A DNA stretch of 64,000 nt from Tubiluchus corallicola. Lineage: Eukaryota > Animalia > Priapulida. Within the stretch, counting starts at the first letter, position 1, and the number at the start of each line of letters is the position of its first letter. Position numbers and translations under genes: made by a program. Under the pieces are notes generated by a model. The model had not been told where the DNA came from and ran no database searches. It saw nothing but the letters and a program-made list of their open reading frames with translations. The stretch is taken from the NCBI GenBank assembly GCA_030141605.1, contig JAQGDQ010000651.1:1-64000 (forward strand). The letters are read 5' to 3'. Below are positions 36,851 to 50,630 of the stretch, one piece after another.

Positions 36851-39343
36851 TTTTCCCCCACGTTTGTAACTACGAGAAATCTTGTTGTAGAATGTGGTGG
36901 TATATAGTTGTTATATGTGATACGAATAAAATTAAAGCCCTTTCTGTTAACCACACTATACGATCAAGAGAAAACTACAGTACACATGACTCCAACAACA
37001 TCTGGTGCTGTGACTTGTGTTCAAGGCTACAAAACCTCCAGGGAACACTTAGTTTACTAAACAGCAGGAGCCGGAGCTGTCAACGTAAAAATAGCATTCA
37101 CTTTGACACAGAACTCAAGTATTCTAGTATCACCGTTCAGCAGTATAATGTTTTCCAAGGCACTGTAATTGCCTTGGACCACCAAGACAAGCAAAAAAAC
37201 TTCCTAGCACACAGCAGGACAGTAAACAAACTTTTCACCTTTGCGATCATTTTCCAAGACGCAATAAAGGACTAATCAGCAACCAAGACCAACCAAGTTC
37301 AGAAGCAGAATACCATTGAACATACACCACACAGGTGTTTTAACTGCCAGAGAAGAGAATGACCACCAAATGTTTTATTAAATGGCAAGTTAATATTTGC
37401 AGTTAAACTGATTATGCAAACGTTCTGAGGTGTTCCAATAGGGACTACGTATAGAACAACACGTTTGACATGATGCGGCATTAGGTATGCCCTGATGTGT
37501 GAGATATAACTTTTCATTTGAAGGTCTAACGGTCTATAATAAAGGTCTCCTGGTAATAAGCAGAGGCCTACATATTTGGTATCAGGTATACCATGTTGAG
37601 TTGTATATGGCTATTCATTTCATGGTACCATTAATTTGGCAGCCAGAAGCATTTTTTGCTGAACCTTACGTTTTCGGGGTAAGTTATTTCTCAGCAATTT
37701 TCTCATGTTCTGATGGTCTTTTTCAAGAATATTAAGTGTGGCCCTTTATCACTCTTGAGCATTTTGAGATGCTGGGCTAAAAGTGTTACGTTGAAAGAAG
37801 CTTGTGCTGTGACACACCAAAACTGTTGTGATAAGTCAAAAATTAGACTATAACACGTACATAGTGTATTGCATAAATAAATATTAGTTTTGCAGTAACT
37901 TAATACATTTTGTCGTGTTAATCTGATGCGTGCTGCTTCATAAAGTTGTAACTGATTTAGTTTAGCTACAGTTAGAAATTTGGAAATTCTCCCACAGTTA
38001 GCAATAAAACTGTAATAGTTACTACGTGCTTTTACTGTAATAATAATTACTAATACTAGCTTTTGTAACTTAGCTAAGCAACCGACTCATACCAAGGTGC
38101 AGATGTGTGTAGCTGTACACAACATAGCGAGCAAAAGTTGCTTCACAGAAGTGTGGGTGAATAATTTAATAAAACTTGTATTCATTATGATGGTGTTTGC
38201 ATGAGCTGAAAGAAAAGGCAACTGGCCTCCGCATTTTCGCATTTACTTTTCGTCGGGGAGATGATGCCTTACTTTTTCAGTGCTGGTTATGCAGACTGGG
38301 TATGGGCTGCATTATGCCAGAGCTATGGAATATCTTTCTCGTGATGTGTTTCACATTTGAGAAAGGCAGCCATGTTAGAAGGCATACAACTGAAATTAAA
38401 ATGACATTTGGAATGACATATTTTGAGACAACGTTTATCGGGATCGTCACAGATGATCAAAAGTGATTGGTGTCACGCTAAAACCAGAAAAAAAACATGG
38501 GAACCGAGTCATCATACTTTTATGAAGAAGAACATTTCAGCTATGAGACAATGACATATATACTCCAGGGCACATATGAGAAAGAAGAAAATGCCAAAAT
38601 AATCCTAGCTATAGACATGCAAGAATAATGCAAAAAATTAGTAATTTGTATCAATCTTCTACAGCCAGTGAAACATCCTCTGAATCGTTATATTTAATAT
38701 TGTTAATAGGAAGCTTGTACCACTATGGGTTGTAGTCAGTTCATCAACAACAGATATCGCACTACAAGAAAATTTTAAAAACAGATGGTCACAAGGTTCT
38801 ATAAGACAATCTCTCGAATAAAGAGTCCATACAATGGCGTTGATGAGGAACATGGGCGCCGCCAGAGTTTAAAAAATTGACGCACAAGCAGCTGGGGGAT
38901 CTGGGGAACACATTTTCTTGTATTCAAGCACATTTTGGTGGCCTCAAATGATATCCAAATTTTGGTACATAGACACCCTCAAACGTGAAAATTTCTGCTT
39001 CAATAAATATGTTTTACCTATATTTACCTTGTTGTTTTCATTGTATTCTATTGCAGTAGTCACATATCTTAAAAGCAAGTTCGTAATGCACTGCAATGCC
39101 GATGACACATTACTTAAGCTTAAGTTATTTAGTGTCAAGATTATCAGCAAAATGTGAATAGTCAAACATAAAACTCATTTCAGACTGTTAAGTTTACAGC
39201 CCATCCACTGTTCACACAAAATTTAATATGTTTGCGTGCATGCTAATTTTTCCCGGCCGGCCACACATGCATTCTACTGCATTTTAGACCATTTTAGACC
39301 AAGGGCAGGCCCCTTGGGCCTACCCCTTAAATGCAGAACTGCA

Positions 39344-39446
39344 GTCGATTCTTTATCGATTTCCCCTGTCTAGACAGTTTTTAGCTAAGTGCAGTTACAG
39401 TTAGCTAAAAACTGTCTAGACAACGGAAATCGATAAGAGAATCGAC
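39344..39446. repeat. ~103-bp near-perfect inverted repeat (hairpin; possible MITE)
   Basis: GTCGATTC..ATCGATTTCC..TGTCTAGACAGTTTTTAGCTAA pairs with TTAGCTAAAAACTGTCTAGACA..GGAAATCGAT..GAATCGAC. Confidence 0.9.
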
Positions 39447-41039
39447 ACTATTTTATATTTTTATCTAAATTTTATAGTAAATTTTATATTATATATGTAA
39501 GCTATATGTATGTATATGTATGTGACATTATCACTTTTTATTTTGCTGTAGAATCATGTTAATGATACTTGGGCATTTCCAGTAATAATGCATTTTGGTC
39601 TAATCAGCCTAACGGAATGGATCAGGCCACTAACTTCATTTGTGCATGCTGTCGGTAGGCCTACCCAAATGTAGTAATATGTCTGAATCTAAAGTAGCTG
39701 TATGGTACAGTAAGAGGAGTAGAACAGATGTTGCTAGACCAACCAGATGCAAGTCTAAATATGATCACATGACCTTGTTCTTTACAAAACCCTGAATTTT
39801 GCTATGAACAATGGAAACAGTTAGGGAAACTGTGATGAGTGCGCATTTCAGCGTACACAACTGAAAAGAATTGACGGTGGCCTGATATTTCTTGATGGCA
39901 CAAAATGTGAGGTTCTGAAAGATCATACATACATTAAAACCATTAAGGCCAGTGACGTGTCTCCTACAGTAAAACCAGCCACTTGTGCAATTTTAAAGAC
40001 TACCAAATACTCTTGTTTTGGGCAAAAGCCTGAAAGTCTTTTAAATGGTTTATGACTGCCATATATACGATAGTGAAAAATTAGTTTGCATCATGGTTCT
40101 CTGTAGGCGAAGACTCTCCGTAATAATAAACAAACAAAAGCTGTAATTTATTAAAGTGATGCCAAAATTAAGCCAAAATGAGGAATTAAACTGTTCAAAA
40201 GCCGCAATATAGTTACACGAGTACTGATATAATGTATATAAAGAGATGTTTACCTATTATTACCTATTACCTATGGTTACCTATTAATTTATAAAAGTGA
40301 TTCAAAATTAAATTTAGTGAATTAAGAAAGTAATAGCGCGTGAACCACTGAGAAAAATCAACTGATTAAATTGATTTTTGTGTCATTTGAACCTATCTTG
40401 CGTGGAGTGTATAAAAATTTAATCATTTTTTATTTGTTTTAATGTCTTTTAAGTTAAAAATATTAGCCTTGCTATATTTGGTGTTTTCATTTTCATCATC
40501 ATGAAAGTTTTGGTTTGTTATAGTACATACTTCTCTAATCTAAAATGTCTCGTTCAATATCTCAAATTGCTCAAGCGTGACAGAAGGTCATCCTTGATAT
40601 TCTTAAGGCGGACCACGAGAAGACCACGAAAAAACTTACTCCGTAAATGCAAGGCTCACCTCACCGACTGCCAGACTATATCAATATTTGCTCTGTACTT
40701 CTGTCGTTCTTGGAGTATTGGGCACAGCATGAAGTAGTACCCCCAATATTCGTATTTGATGAATTAGTTTAACAATCGCACAGTCATTATCAGCTAGGAA
40801 CAACGATCTTCTATTTTCTTTTTCAAGCTACGTACATGAGTTTTTTTACCTTGATTTCTTCTACAGACGTTTTAATGCATGCCTGCCACCCTGTATTTGT
40901 GCGTTGCAGTAACAGCTGCCAATTTTCTTGTGCATTCGCTTCATTTCCTTGTAATATCGCTGCAAATTTCGTGTTATTAGATTATGAATAGTTGCATAGT
41001 ACTGAATTAGATTAAGGCAATCTGATTAGTTTTCAAATT

Positions 41040-41830
41040 GCTCTTTGGGCAACATAAGGGACTATCAACCATTCTATGTTCGCTATTAATTACATTGGCA
41101 AAAGTCTCGAGACTTTACGAACATTGATTCAGAAGCTGAAGTCATGGAGTGACTTAAAATCCGATATGTAGAATAACTATAATTAAAGTTCCTACAACAT
41201 TTTGTGTTTATTTGTTAAAGTTATATAATTGCTGTTGCCGTCGTTGTAAAACTGTAGTATTTACTAACTGTTTGTGTTTTTTCTTTCTTTTTGCCGATAT
41301 TCCGCACTCGTGGACAAAGTGTTTAGGGACTATTTCGCCATGATTGTTTTTGTTGCTCATGTAACATAGTTACAAAAATTATGTCAGGCCCCCATTTGAA
41401 TACTTCGCTTCTGTATGGTCGCCATATCAGTTAAAATACATCGATATTATTAAGAAGGTTCAGACATATTTCACTCTCCTCGTTGTCAATTAAGTGATTG
41501 CTCCCTTACCTTAACAGACTCACTGTGCTAAGTAATGAGCCACTTGAAATACGGCGTACTGTATATGATCTAAAGATGGTTAATAAAATTTGTCCAAACT
41601 TGGTAGATTTACCCTTTCGATTATTTTTTCTAATTTGCACTTAGGACAGCAAGGGCATAACTTCAAGTTATTTACTAAGTATTCTGGCATAAATACTCAT
41701 GCGTCGATAAACTTGTCAATATTTGGAATAATTTGGGAAAAAGAATAGTTAATGCATCTAACTTCAGATTATTTCTTTTCATACTATAAAAACTACAATT
41801 TCTACCAAACTGTAATTTTCGCCGTTTCAT
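41040..41830 (+). mobile_element. Decayed CR1-type LINE 3' region
   Basis: YVRPPFEYFASVWSPYQLKYIDIIKKVQ (RPxLEYxxxVWSP) and GHNFKLF (TRGHxxKL). Confidence 0.75.
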
Positions 41831-42653
41831 GTAGTTTTTTTGTCATGTTTATTATTTTAAAGTCAAATTACTCAATTATTATTATTATTTTTAGACAAAC
41901 TATTCAACACCTTTGATGTGTAATAAGATTTTAGTAAGATTTAACGAATGTAACTGCCGTAACCTGCTGGCTGTATGTCCGTATTCCGATTAAGTAAAAT
42001 TTTGAAATGATTTACGTATTTAAGTGGGAGATAGTGTAAATAATTAAAATGAAAACAATATTATGCATTTTGCATTAATTTCAAATGCGAGTTCAACATT
42101 TTCGCCATACTGGTTTATCATTAGTTTGCTTATTTCTAGTGTTGTCTTTTAAAGTTTGAAAGAAGTTGTTTTGAAGCATTAAATTAGAGAAAAACTTTTA
42201 AAAGTCATGAATTGTGTAGGTACTTGTAACGCTGTGATCAACTTACTGAAAATTTCAGAAAGGTCGCTAAGACCATTAGCGATTCCAGTTATAGAATTCC
42301 TCTTTCTTCCTCCGCTTGTAATGGTTGTACAGTGATTGCGCCATCGATCGTGCGAGCTTTCTAATCATATCTTTATCTAATCAGACGCTTAAAGTAAGTT
42401 AAAATCTGAATTTCCCAAATACGAGCCTTAACTTTAGTACGCAGCTAACATATATTAGTTTTCTTTAAAGAAGACTAATAAAAAAGCAGAAGCCTATTTT
42501 ATTTTTATCGCGACATGTTTTACGGCAACGATTTTAGCGTTGAAACAGCTGATACTAAGTAATTAAAGGACCAAGCTATAAGCGCCGGTTTCTGTAGCAC
42601 TGGCAGTCAAAAAACATGATTATGACTTTGACGACAACGACAACGATGATAAC

Positions 42654-43026
42654 TGTGGAAGTTGTAACTGTATATTTTAGGTGCTGCCATCTATTGACTA
42701 ATCACTTTACATTTACTAGCCAAATTCACCCCTAGTATAATTGTTCGGTCCAGTGAATATGCATACTCACTGGATCTCCCCCTATTTTACTGTAATGGTA
42801 TTTGTGAAGCCAAGCTTGCATAATTACCTCTACCTATATATACTGGCTGGATTCTACTTCTAGTCACTTTCTGTCACACTCTCTGTGCAGTGCAGCAGTC
42901 GTGATCCTCATTTACTCATGTGTATTTAGTCTAATAAACGTTTTCAGTTTTGTGCAGATATGTAGTACAGTGCTTTATTCTTTCTCTGCAAAGTGTTCAA
43001 CTACAACCTCATACATGACTTTCACA
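42654..43026 (+). mobile_element. Solo LTR (373 bp) with 5-bp TSD
   Basis: TG...CA ends with short inverted termini TGTGGAAGT/ACTTTCACA. ATAAC lies on both flanks (42649-42653, 43027-43031). TATA-like CTATATATA at ~42834 and AATAAA at ~42933. Confidence 0.8.
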
Positions 43027-43453
43027 ATAACGAAGAAAACAGGAAACCTAGATGTATTGTTTTGAAATGAAGCTCAACTATCCCAAGTTTGTCATGGAAT
43101 TACCGCAACATTTATAATATTGCACCGAAACTCCCCCGGTGAAGAACAGGGATAGTACAGAATTCTCAGCCTGTAAATAGAGGTCTTGCATGTACATATA
43201 CGTATATATTGTGCAAATAAAGAATTATCATCATTATCATCTATAGCGACTGTTTTATATCTGGTACTCAGCGCTACTATGTAATGGCTTCGCACAGACG
43301 AGATTACCACAATGTAGAGAAAGGTTGAAAATAAATGGCATTTCGCCTCCGTAACGCTGCTGGAACTTTCTTAGTTCGCTTATATTTTCTTCAATATGGT
43401 CTCAGAGAGACCAGTCTTGCTTTATTTTTATTCCTATTCACACTGCCTTGAAT

Positions 43454-44509
43454 TGTTATGTAACATCTAGATGTTTCACCATTAGTTTAAGCACCATCGA
43501 ATTAGGTACCTGGGATGGGCCCGACCGTCAGATCTTCGTTTGCACTTCCACAAAAACCGGCTTCATTCATATCCTAATTTTACCCGTGCGTGTTTTACAT
43601 GTGTTCTACCTAATTTTGCTGCTGAACGGTCGAACAGGAAAGCCACTATTTGGGCTAACCTGCAATGTTTAAGTAGAAGGAAGTTTTTTGATGAAACGTT
43701 CACAATATCCTTTTGGACTGTGGTGAGCAAAAAGTTATAATCGCTCGGAACTTCACGGGTTGGGCGCGATCTGACGTTTGTAAGCGGACAGTGCTTCCTG
43801 GAAGAACTATGGCGGTTTATTGCAACGGATCTGTAATATTCAGCACTGGTGAGTTTGTTCATTTCGTTTCTAGCAACTTATCAAGCGTTCGATAATAAGC
43901 TGATTGGGTGTAGAGGGGTTAGAACGCTTAAAGCCTGGGATTTCTACCTGTGTGGTACACAAACTGTAAATTCGTTCAGCTAGTCACGTGACCCCTCACG
44001 ACGCAGGTAGACGATAGTCATCGAATGCTAGCATACGCAGTGGCCCAGAAGTTAGGCTATTAGGTATCGCTTAAACTCAGTCAGTAATACAGTATTATTG
44101 TCAGTACTTAAAACATGCCCGCATGATTGTAGCAAATTTTGACTTTAGTATTCGAGTTTTTTGTGTGATGTTATGCTCTGAATACTTTTGGTAGTAAAAA
44201 CTGAAAGGTCTGTCCCGTTTGTTTATGAGGTAATTGTTAATAGAATTAAATGTTTCATTTATTTAACAATTATTGTTTAAACATTCACACTGCGTTGAGC
44301 TGCATTGAATTCTTGATCACATCACGAGCTATAACATTCTGTTCAGTAGCTCCCGCTCTCGTAGACTACTTAGGCCCTGGCCACTGTCTGAGGTTGGAGG
44401 AGTTTTAAAGACTGATTCGGCTCGGCCCTGGTTGGTAACCAAATGTAACCAGTGCACTCAGCGACCTACCAACGACTAGTTAAGTCTGTCCTTAGTCTAG
44501 TACGTAACA
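43454..44509. mobile_element. Possible long LTR-like element
   Basis: GC-richer segment bounded by TGTTATGTA...TACGTAACA inverted termini, but no matching TSD. Confidence 0.25.
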
Positions 44510-45377
44510 ACTGCCCTCCTCTACAGAAAACGGTTCGTCCTCGAACCAAAATCAAGCACACTGGAGAAGAGAAAATGTTTTTACTGAAACCAAAAAAAAT
44601 TACAAATGTGACAAACTGTTAAAACATTGAAGGAAGGAAAGATTGCATAACGCTTACTAATTTGAAATAAAGCAAAGACTATTAGGTGAAAAAAAAATCA
44701 AAAACTATAGACAAAGACTAAATTGTATGAGGGCATAGATGCTAAACGCTTATCGACTTTTTTTCACAAGAATTTGAATTTATTGAAGAATTTGTTTGTC
44801 CACTCCTACTTGTGTGAAATTATTGAAATGTCTTTGTACACAAGAAAGTAAATTCATATTTGCATGAAAGTAAATTCATATTTGCATGGAATTTTACATT
44901 TTCTCACTCGTTATCTCCATTTTGTAGTCTGTAAACAACGTAAAAATTTGTCATGCGAAACAAGTCAATAACGAAAGTAAAGCAGTATTCAAGTGGCCAT
45001 TTTGTTTGCTTAGTCTGCCGTTTTGAGCGACTATTATCGTATTTTGAATTGCGACTGATTGACAACTTTTATCGAAGATCTTTTGTAGGTACTAAACAGG
45101 ATGGAAGTCACGGAACAATCTAAGTTAACGGCTGAAAGCGGATTTGTAATGCGTAGTTTCAGTTGTGTCCGATTCAGTGGCGGCTCTTGTATAGGTACTG
45201 TGGTACTGAAGCACCCCCTGTTTTCGCTCTTTATTTTGATAATATTCAATATACAAATAAGTCTTCTTTCTGTAGTTCTTTTTTTATATTTGTCCGGAAC
45301 CGGAGCACGTGAGGGAAGTACAATTTGCTTCACAGCCCAACCAACGTGATGTTTGGCGTTTGTGTGCATACGGCCAC

Positions 45378-45754
45378 TAGGGGTGAGCATCGAACGTTCG
45401 AACTCGATTCGAATCCAAAACTATAGATTCGAATAATTCAGCACTTCAATCACACATGTTCTTTATTACTAAAACGATTGAAACATCATGCAATTAGCAT
45501 AATTTAGCTCTGATTTCTGCACACAATGTTAAACAAATTACTAGTCGTTTTATTGCAGAACAAAATCTAGTGAGATGCATGATCTTTGTAAGACTAATTT
45601 TTGCTGGTGGTTCGAAAACTTGTTCGAAAATCTTTCGATCTGAATTCGAATTCGGTTCGAATTCGAAACACTGAAGTTCGGTTCGATTCGAATTCGAAAG
45701 TCACAAATTCGGTTCGATTCGAATTCGCTTTCTGGTAGAGAATGCTCACCCCTA
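45378..45754. mobile_element. hAT-type MITE
   Basis: TIRs TAGGGGTGAGCAT/ATGCTCACCCCTA, an 8-bp TSD ACGGCCAC/GCGGCCAC, and clustered subterminal TTCGAA/ATTCG motifs. Confidence 0.85.
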
Positions 45755-46248
45755 GCGGCCACACATGTCTGAGATAATGTGCGCTAGCGTCTGCTGTTAG
45801 GTGGAAAAGTACTGTCTCTATCACAGTAACAATTGCCTTTGGTAACGATAAAACAAACACTTTAAATGGACGCCAAAAAACAAACACTAGAAACATACGT
45901 AACGTAAAATAAAACTGTAAAGTAAAATTTCTGAAAACTAGGCAGCACAAGCTTTTACAACTGAGGTTCGATGCACGTTTACAAGAGAGCAACAGAGTAA
46001 GATGTAAATATTTTTATTATAATTATGTAATTTTACTGTGCTAATTAAGTTTGCATCCTTTTATCTGCACTTTTAATTTATTTGCACATATTTGTGCCTT
46101 TATATTGCACTAACCATGTGCCATGTATTCTGTACTTTTAGCTGTAATTTTACTTTTTATGTATTGTCAATTTACGCTGTTTTAATGGACGTATAAGTCT
46201 CTTGACTTCTGTTCATAGCTGTATTATAAATAATAATTAAACGAACAG

Positions 46249-46323
<75 letters not shown>
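46249..46323. repeat. (ATT)25 microsatellite, possibly a LINE 3' tail
   Basis: Direct observation; it follows a T-rich 3'-UTR-like stretch. Confidence 0.97.
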
Positions 46324-46324
<1 letters not shown>

Positions 46325-46842
46325 TTTTTTTCCTTAATTTGCAGGACTTCCCGTAGAAATGGAGATGCAGTCTACGACTCCCCGAAATAAAAAAATGTTC
46401 GATGAACATGGTTAGGTCTTCGATTTCGTTGTTGACTGCTTCTACAGTAAATGTAGATGCTCGTGTGTGCAAATTTCAGGTGCATACGATAGTGTATTTT
46501 ATGCAAAGTTGACTAGTGCATACAAACACATACATAAGAGTGTAAAATTTTGTAATTCTGGTATAATCTTATGATACAGGAAAAAAATTGCACAAATGAA
46601 AAAGTAGGAAAAGATGGACATATATTATTGTAATGCAAAGGATTTCTATAATAAAACTTGCACGCGCTCAGTAGAAAGCAAAACTTTGCCAAAACTGAAC
46701 AATCCTAAACCTATTCGTCTGATTCGTTTGATTAGAAAACGTAATACAAAGATAAAAAAGCAATCGTACAAAAATGTTCCTGTATTAGTAGTGTACTAAA
46801 TGCTGAAATTAAAGAAATGAAATTAATACTGGGAAAATAATA

Positions 46843-46967
46843 CAGTAGACCTCTCAGGTGTGCATGTGAACGTGGCTTTATCTAACACAGACTCCTATTA
46901 AGACATTGTGTTAGTAAAAGCAGTAGTCACGCGCACACCTGAGCTTATAAAAAGGGAAGGTCTACTG
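46843..46967. mobile_element. Tc1/mariner(pogo)-type MITE, 125 bp
   Basis: TA|CAGTAGACCT...AGGTCTACTG|TA; the interior also folds back (CTCAGGTGTGC/GCACACCTGAG, CTAACACA/TGTGTTAG). Confidence 0.8.
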
Positions 46968-48666
46968 TAGATCCTTGACAGTGGTCAGTGTCTTTCATTG
47001 CAACTCTGCTCTGTTCACATTTCACAGGCTTTGCCACAAACTCCGTTCTTCTAGGTAAGCTGGTTGTTCTTGCTCAAAAGTGACTTAATAATAAACTGTC
47101 ATTTCGATTCTATTATTCGAATTTTATTTTGGGTGAGGCATTTAGCTGGATCAAATAAGATATGCAGCATGTTGTGGGCCGCGGTATCATCCGTCCTGCC
47201 TCTGCTATGAGCGGACGACGACAGGACACTGGAGTCAGAACAAGTGGGATATTACCGTCATCTGGGCATTCCGATTATTGTACTGTGGTTGATGTTGACT
47301 TAGAACGGTTACAACACCGTCAGCTTGCCGATTTTCTGCTAGAACAGAGTGTGTATTTTTCCAATGGTCAGGAAGAGGCACTGCCTTAGGTTCTAAGGAA
47401 CATTGCTATAGTTTTGATGCTAGTTGTACTAATGATGCATTGGATGGGATGTATTGTCGATCTGTGCTTGTAATACAACTAATCCTTTTGTTACTTGCCC
47501 TGTGCATAACTTTTGTACTGAAAAGCATGCAGCAAAGCCACCTGAATGTTCAAGTAGGCAAAACCAAAGTCAGCTACATTTTCTACCTGTTACTTCGCAA
47601 CATTCCGCTTCCCAGCCTAGTGTGAGTACTTGGGGTATGTTTAATATTGATTTTCTTTCAGGGCACGTGGCAGGCACGTATTCAGCGTTGGGCAGGCGAG
47701 TTAGTCCAAATAATCAAAATTTTGGGCAAAATTTCGCGTCAGATACTCACGAAATCAGACAACAGTTATCCAGTATTTCTGAGTGTTTTCAAGACCTGAC
47801 AAATGTGGTTGTTACGTAGCCTGAGACAATTTCAAGTGCAATTTGGGATTTTACTGCATGTCGCGAACCAGAGACGCCTACAACAGTGATACTTTGGTAA
47901 GGAAACCTCTTTTGGGTTCTACCCCTGACACTCAGCATCAAAATCAAAGGTCTTGGCAGATCCAAATGTCCTTCTAGGTCTACCCCACGTGTACATTTTG
48001 AAACTAGCCTAAGCAACCTGGACCAGTCTTTTGAACCCATTTTGCAGACTTCCAGTTGTTCTACTGCACAAACCGGTCTGGGAACCAGCACCGTGACACA
48101 AAACATTGATAATGTTGCTACAAATATGGCGAGTGACACCAGCATGGGGCAGTGTGACAAATTGAATGGTAATAATTACTCAGTGATTGGTTGATTTCTG
48201 ACCCCAGTAAGGGGCAAAAGCCAAAAATGGTGGTCGGTATCAGAAATGCGTCGATTGACTAGAAATAGTACCATGTAGTATACCAAATGAAAAGTTTCAA
48301 TGAGAAAAACTAAATGAAATAAGTTATGCCGAGACTGGTTGATCTTTTACCCGTGGGGGACGTACTGAACAGTTAAACGCTGAGGTTACATTGTGAAATG
48401 CACTTTCTTGGTACTTGAGAGCAAGGTGAATTCAATTAAAAGAAAATAAGCACTTACAAAAAAGGCTGTCGTTTCTTTTTTTTCAGGCTGAATTCTACAA
48501 CTGTTGTCTGCAAAATCTTTCATTTCTGACCAAGTCAGAAACATTGTCAACTAGTTTTAAATGTATTTTATGATTCAGCGTGCTGGGATTTTAAATGATG
48601 TGGTGAGCTATATAAATAAATGTTATATTACATTACGTGCTAATGAAGTTCAGAACGTACTTTTAA

Positions 48667-49265
48667 AGCACAAGAAAATCCTCCACTTACATAAAGCTTA
48701 AAAATTAGTCTTGAAATTTTATACCACTTACATACTACCTTTTCGCATGCATGGCTTGCATCGGCCGTAACGCTGTATAAAACGTAAATTTAAACGTATA
48801 AATTTAAACTCCCGCGATGACCGTTAGGCATTCGTAGCACATACATGCTGCTAACTAAGTAAATTTTTAAATTACTTGTCAATAGGATTAAAAATACGTT
48901 TTTAGTTAGTGAGTGGCGCACCATGAAGGGTGAGTCAGCGACATTTTACCGATTGGCACAAATATTTTAAATTATTAGTCGAGTTACATAAGTCTTTCCA
49001 GCAGGTAAGTGAAATAGTAAGTAATATAGATTTGCACGAAAAGTGTTTTGGGTCATAATTTAACATTGCATTTTCTTCACCTGATTTACGTTTGCGTAGT
49101 GATGTCACGTAATAGCGCTGTCGGAACAGTATTGCGGGAGATTTAAAATGAAAACAAACGAAAATCCCTTTCAACGCGAATATGTGCATAAAATTGCTGC
49201 AAAGTAGTATAATTTTTTAAGGAGATTCTTCTGAAACGTGCTTCAGGTGCCCCTTTTCTTGTCCT
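48667..49265 (-). mobile_element. TTAA-targeting MITE (Kolobok-like), copy 1, inserted in a CR1 ORF
   Basis: TTAA|AGCACAAGAAAA...TTTTCTTGTCCT|TTAA; inverted homolog of 60161-60800. Confidence 0.85.
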
Positions 49266-49269
49266 TTAA

Positions 49270-49895
49270 GCTTAAATACATCAAAAGCATCAGGTAGTTG
49301 CTCCTTTAGCAATCAGGTTTTAAAGAAAACCGCTGAGTCTTATTTCAACTCCTGTTTGTTTGTTATTTAATTCTTCTGTCCAAGCATCAATTTTTCCTAG
49401 AATCTGGAACAAGGCCAATGTTTGTCCATTTTATAAAAACGATAATCGTCAACTAAAAAACAATTATAGGTCCGAATGACTTCCACCTTGTCTGCCAAAA
49501 GTCTTGGAAAGAATTTTTTATAAATATCTGTTTAATTATCTTATTGCGGATAATTATTTATTAACGTTTAGAAACTCTGGGTTCAAACCAAACGATGATA
49601 CTATTTATCAGCATCTTCATATAGTGCACAACATTTGCCAGGCACTTGAAGCGGATTTTGATGTAAGGGCTGTCTTCTTGGACATCATTAAAGGATTTGA
49701 TGAGGTTTGGCATCCGGGTCTGCTATTTAAACTCAAATGAGTCGGTATAATAAGTAATTTGCTAAAATTGTTCTAATCCTATTTATCTAACCGTTGTCAG
49801 CGTGTTGTATTAAATAGTAAATACACTGACTTTGGCTTCACAAATGCTTGTGTCCCTCAAGGTTCTATTCTTTGTCGAATTTTACTTTTAGTTTT
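49270..49895 (+). mobile_element. CR1-type LINE RT fragment (begins left of the MITE at ~48640)
   Basis: LNTSKASG, FPRIWNKANVCP, NNYR, KVLERI, SGFKP, VFLDIIKGFDEVWHPGLLFKL, VPQGSIL. Confidence 0.88.
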
Positions 49896-50153
49896 CATTC
49901 ATAGGTTCGAATTTTTTCTTGTACATATATCTTATGCCTTATCTGCTGTTCAGTTTTAGCATTTATGTCGGCGATCTCTAGTCGATAATTGGCTTCTATG
50001 TCGCCTTTTTGAGAAAAACGTCCTCTCTCAATTTTTAATACATGTAAGCCCTGTATCGCGTCGCTGGCTGCTACTTTACTGTCTTTAGAGGATTTACCAT
50101 GGAATGTCACGTTAATGGTCTTTTTGAACAACTCAATTATGCTATTTTGTTAA

Positions 50154-50630
50154 AGGGTAAGAAAAGGAGATTTTAAAGAAAATCTAAAATCTCTTTTCAT
50201 GTAAAGTTATATTACTTAAGCGTTATGCTTGCCTCTTTGAAAGACTTTTGTATCTGGAAAAGAAAATACTCAATAATTTAAAATATTCGCGCCACCTGGT
50301 ACAACGTCATTGCATCGCCATCCCGGTGTGCACTACAGGCTCTTAAAAATACATTATTGATCTTACTGAAAATATAAAGTAGTTTAAACTTTTGCTTAGC
50401 TGGCGAGGAGCGTGCTGCGAATGCTGTGACTGTTTTGCTCAAATTTTACGCAATGTTATAACTTGTTTCAAATGACTTACATTTGAAAAAATGCTTACCT
50501 GTCATCGCAAGAGTTTAGATTTACACGTTTTATACAGCGTTGTTGCTAACGCAAGCCCTGTATGCAACAAAACAGTTTGTGTGAGCGTCAAATTTTTTAG
50601 GCTTTACCTAAGAATGTTTTTTCATGCGCT
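50154..50630 (+). mobile_element. Diverged copy of the TTAA MITE family
   Basis: TTAA|AGGGTAAGAAAAGG start; internal blocks ACTTGTTTCAAA and CGTTTTATACAGCG..AAGCCCTGTATG are shared with 60620-60735. Confidence 0.55.

Noticed and set aside
36930-37740. Possible Penelope GIY-YIG remnants
   Set aside because: Only faint motif echoes on both strands; too decayed to support a call.
45034-46472. ORFs over the hAT MITE and the poly-Ile ORF
   Set aside because: They arise from TTCGAA subterminal repeats and the (ATT)n microsatellite.
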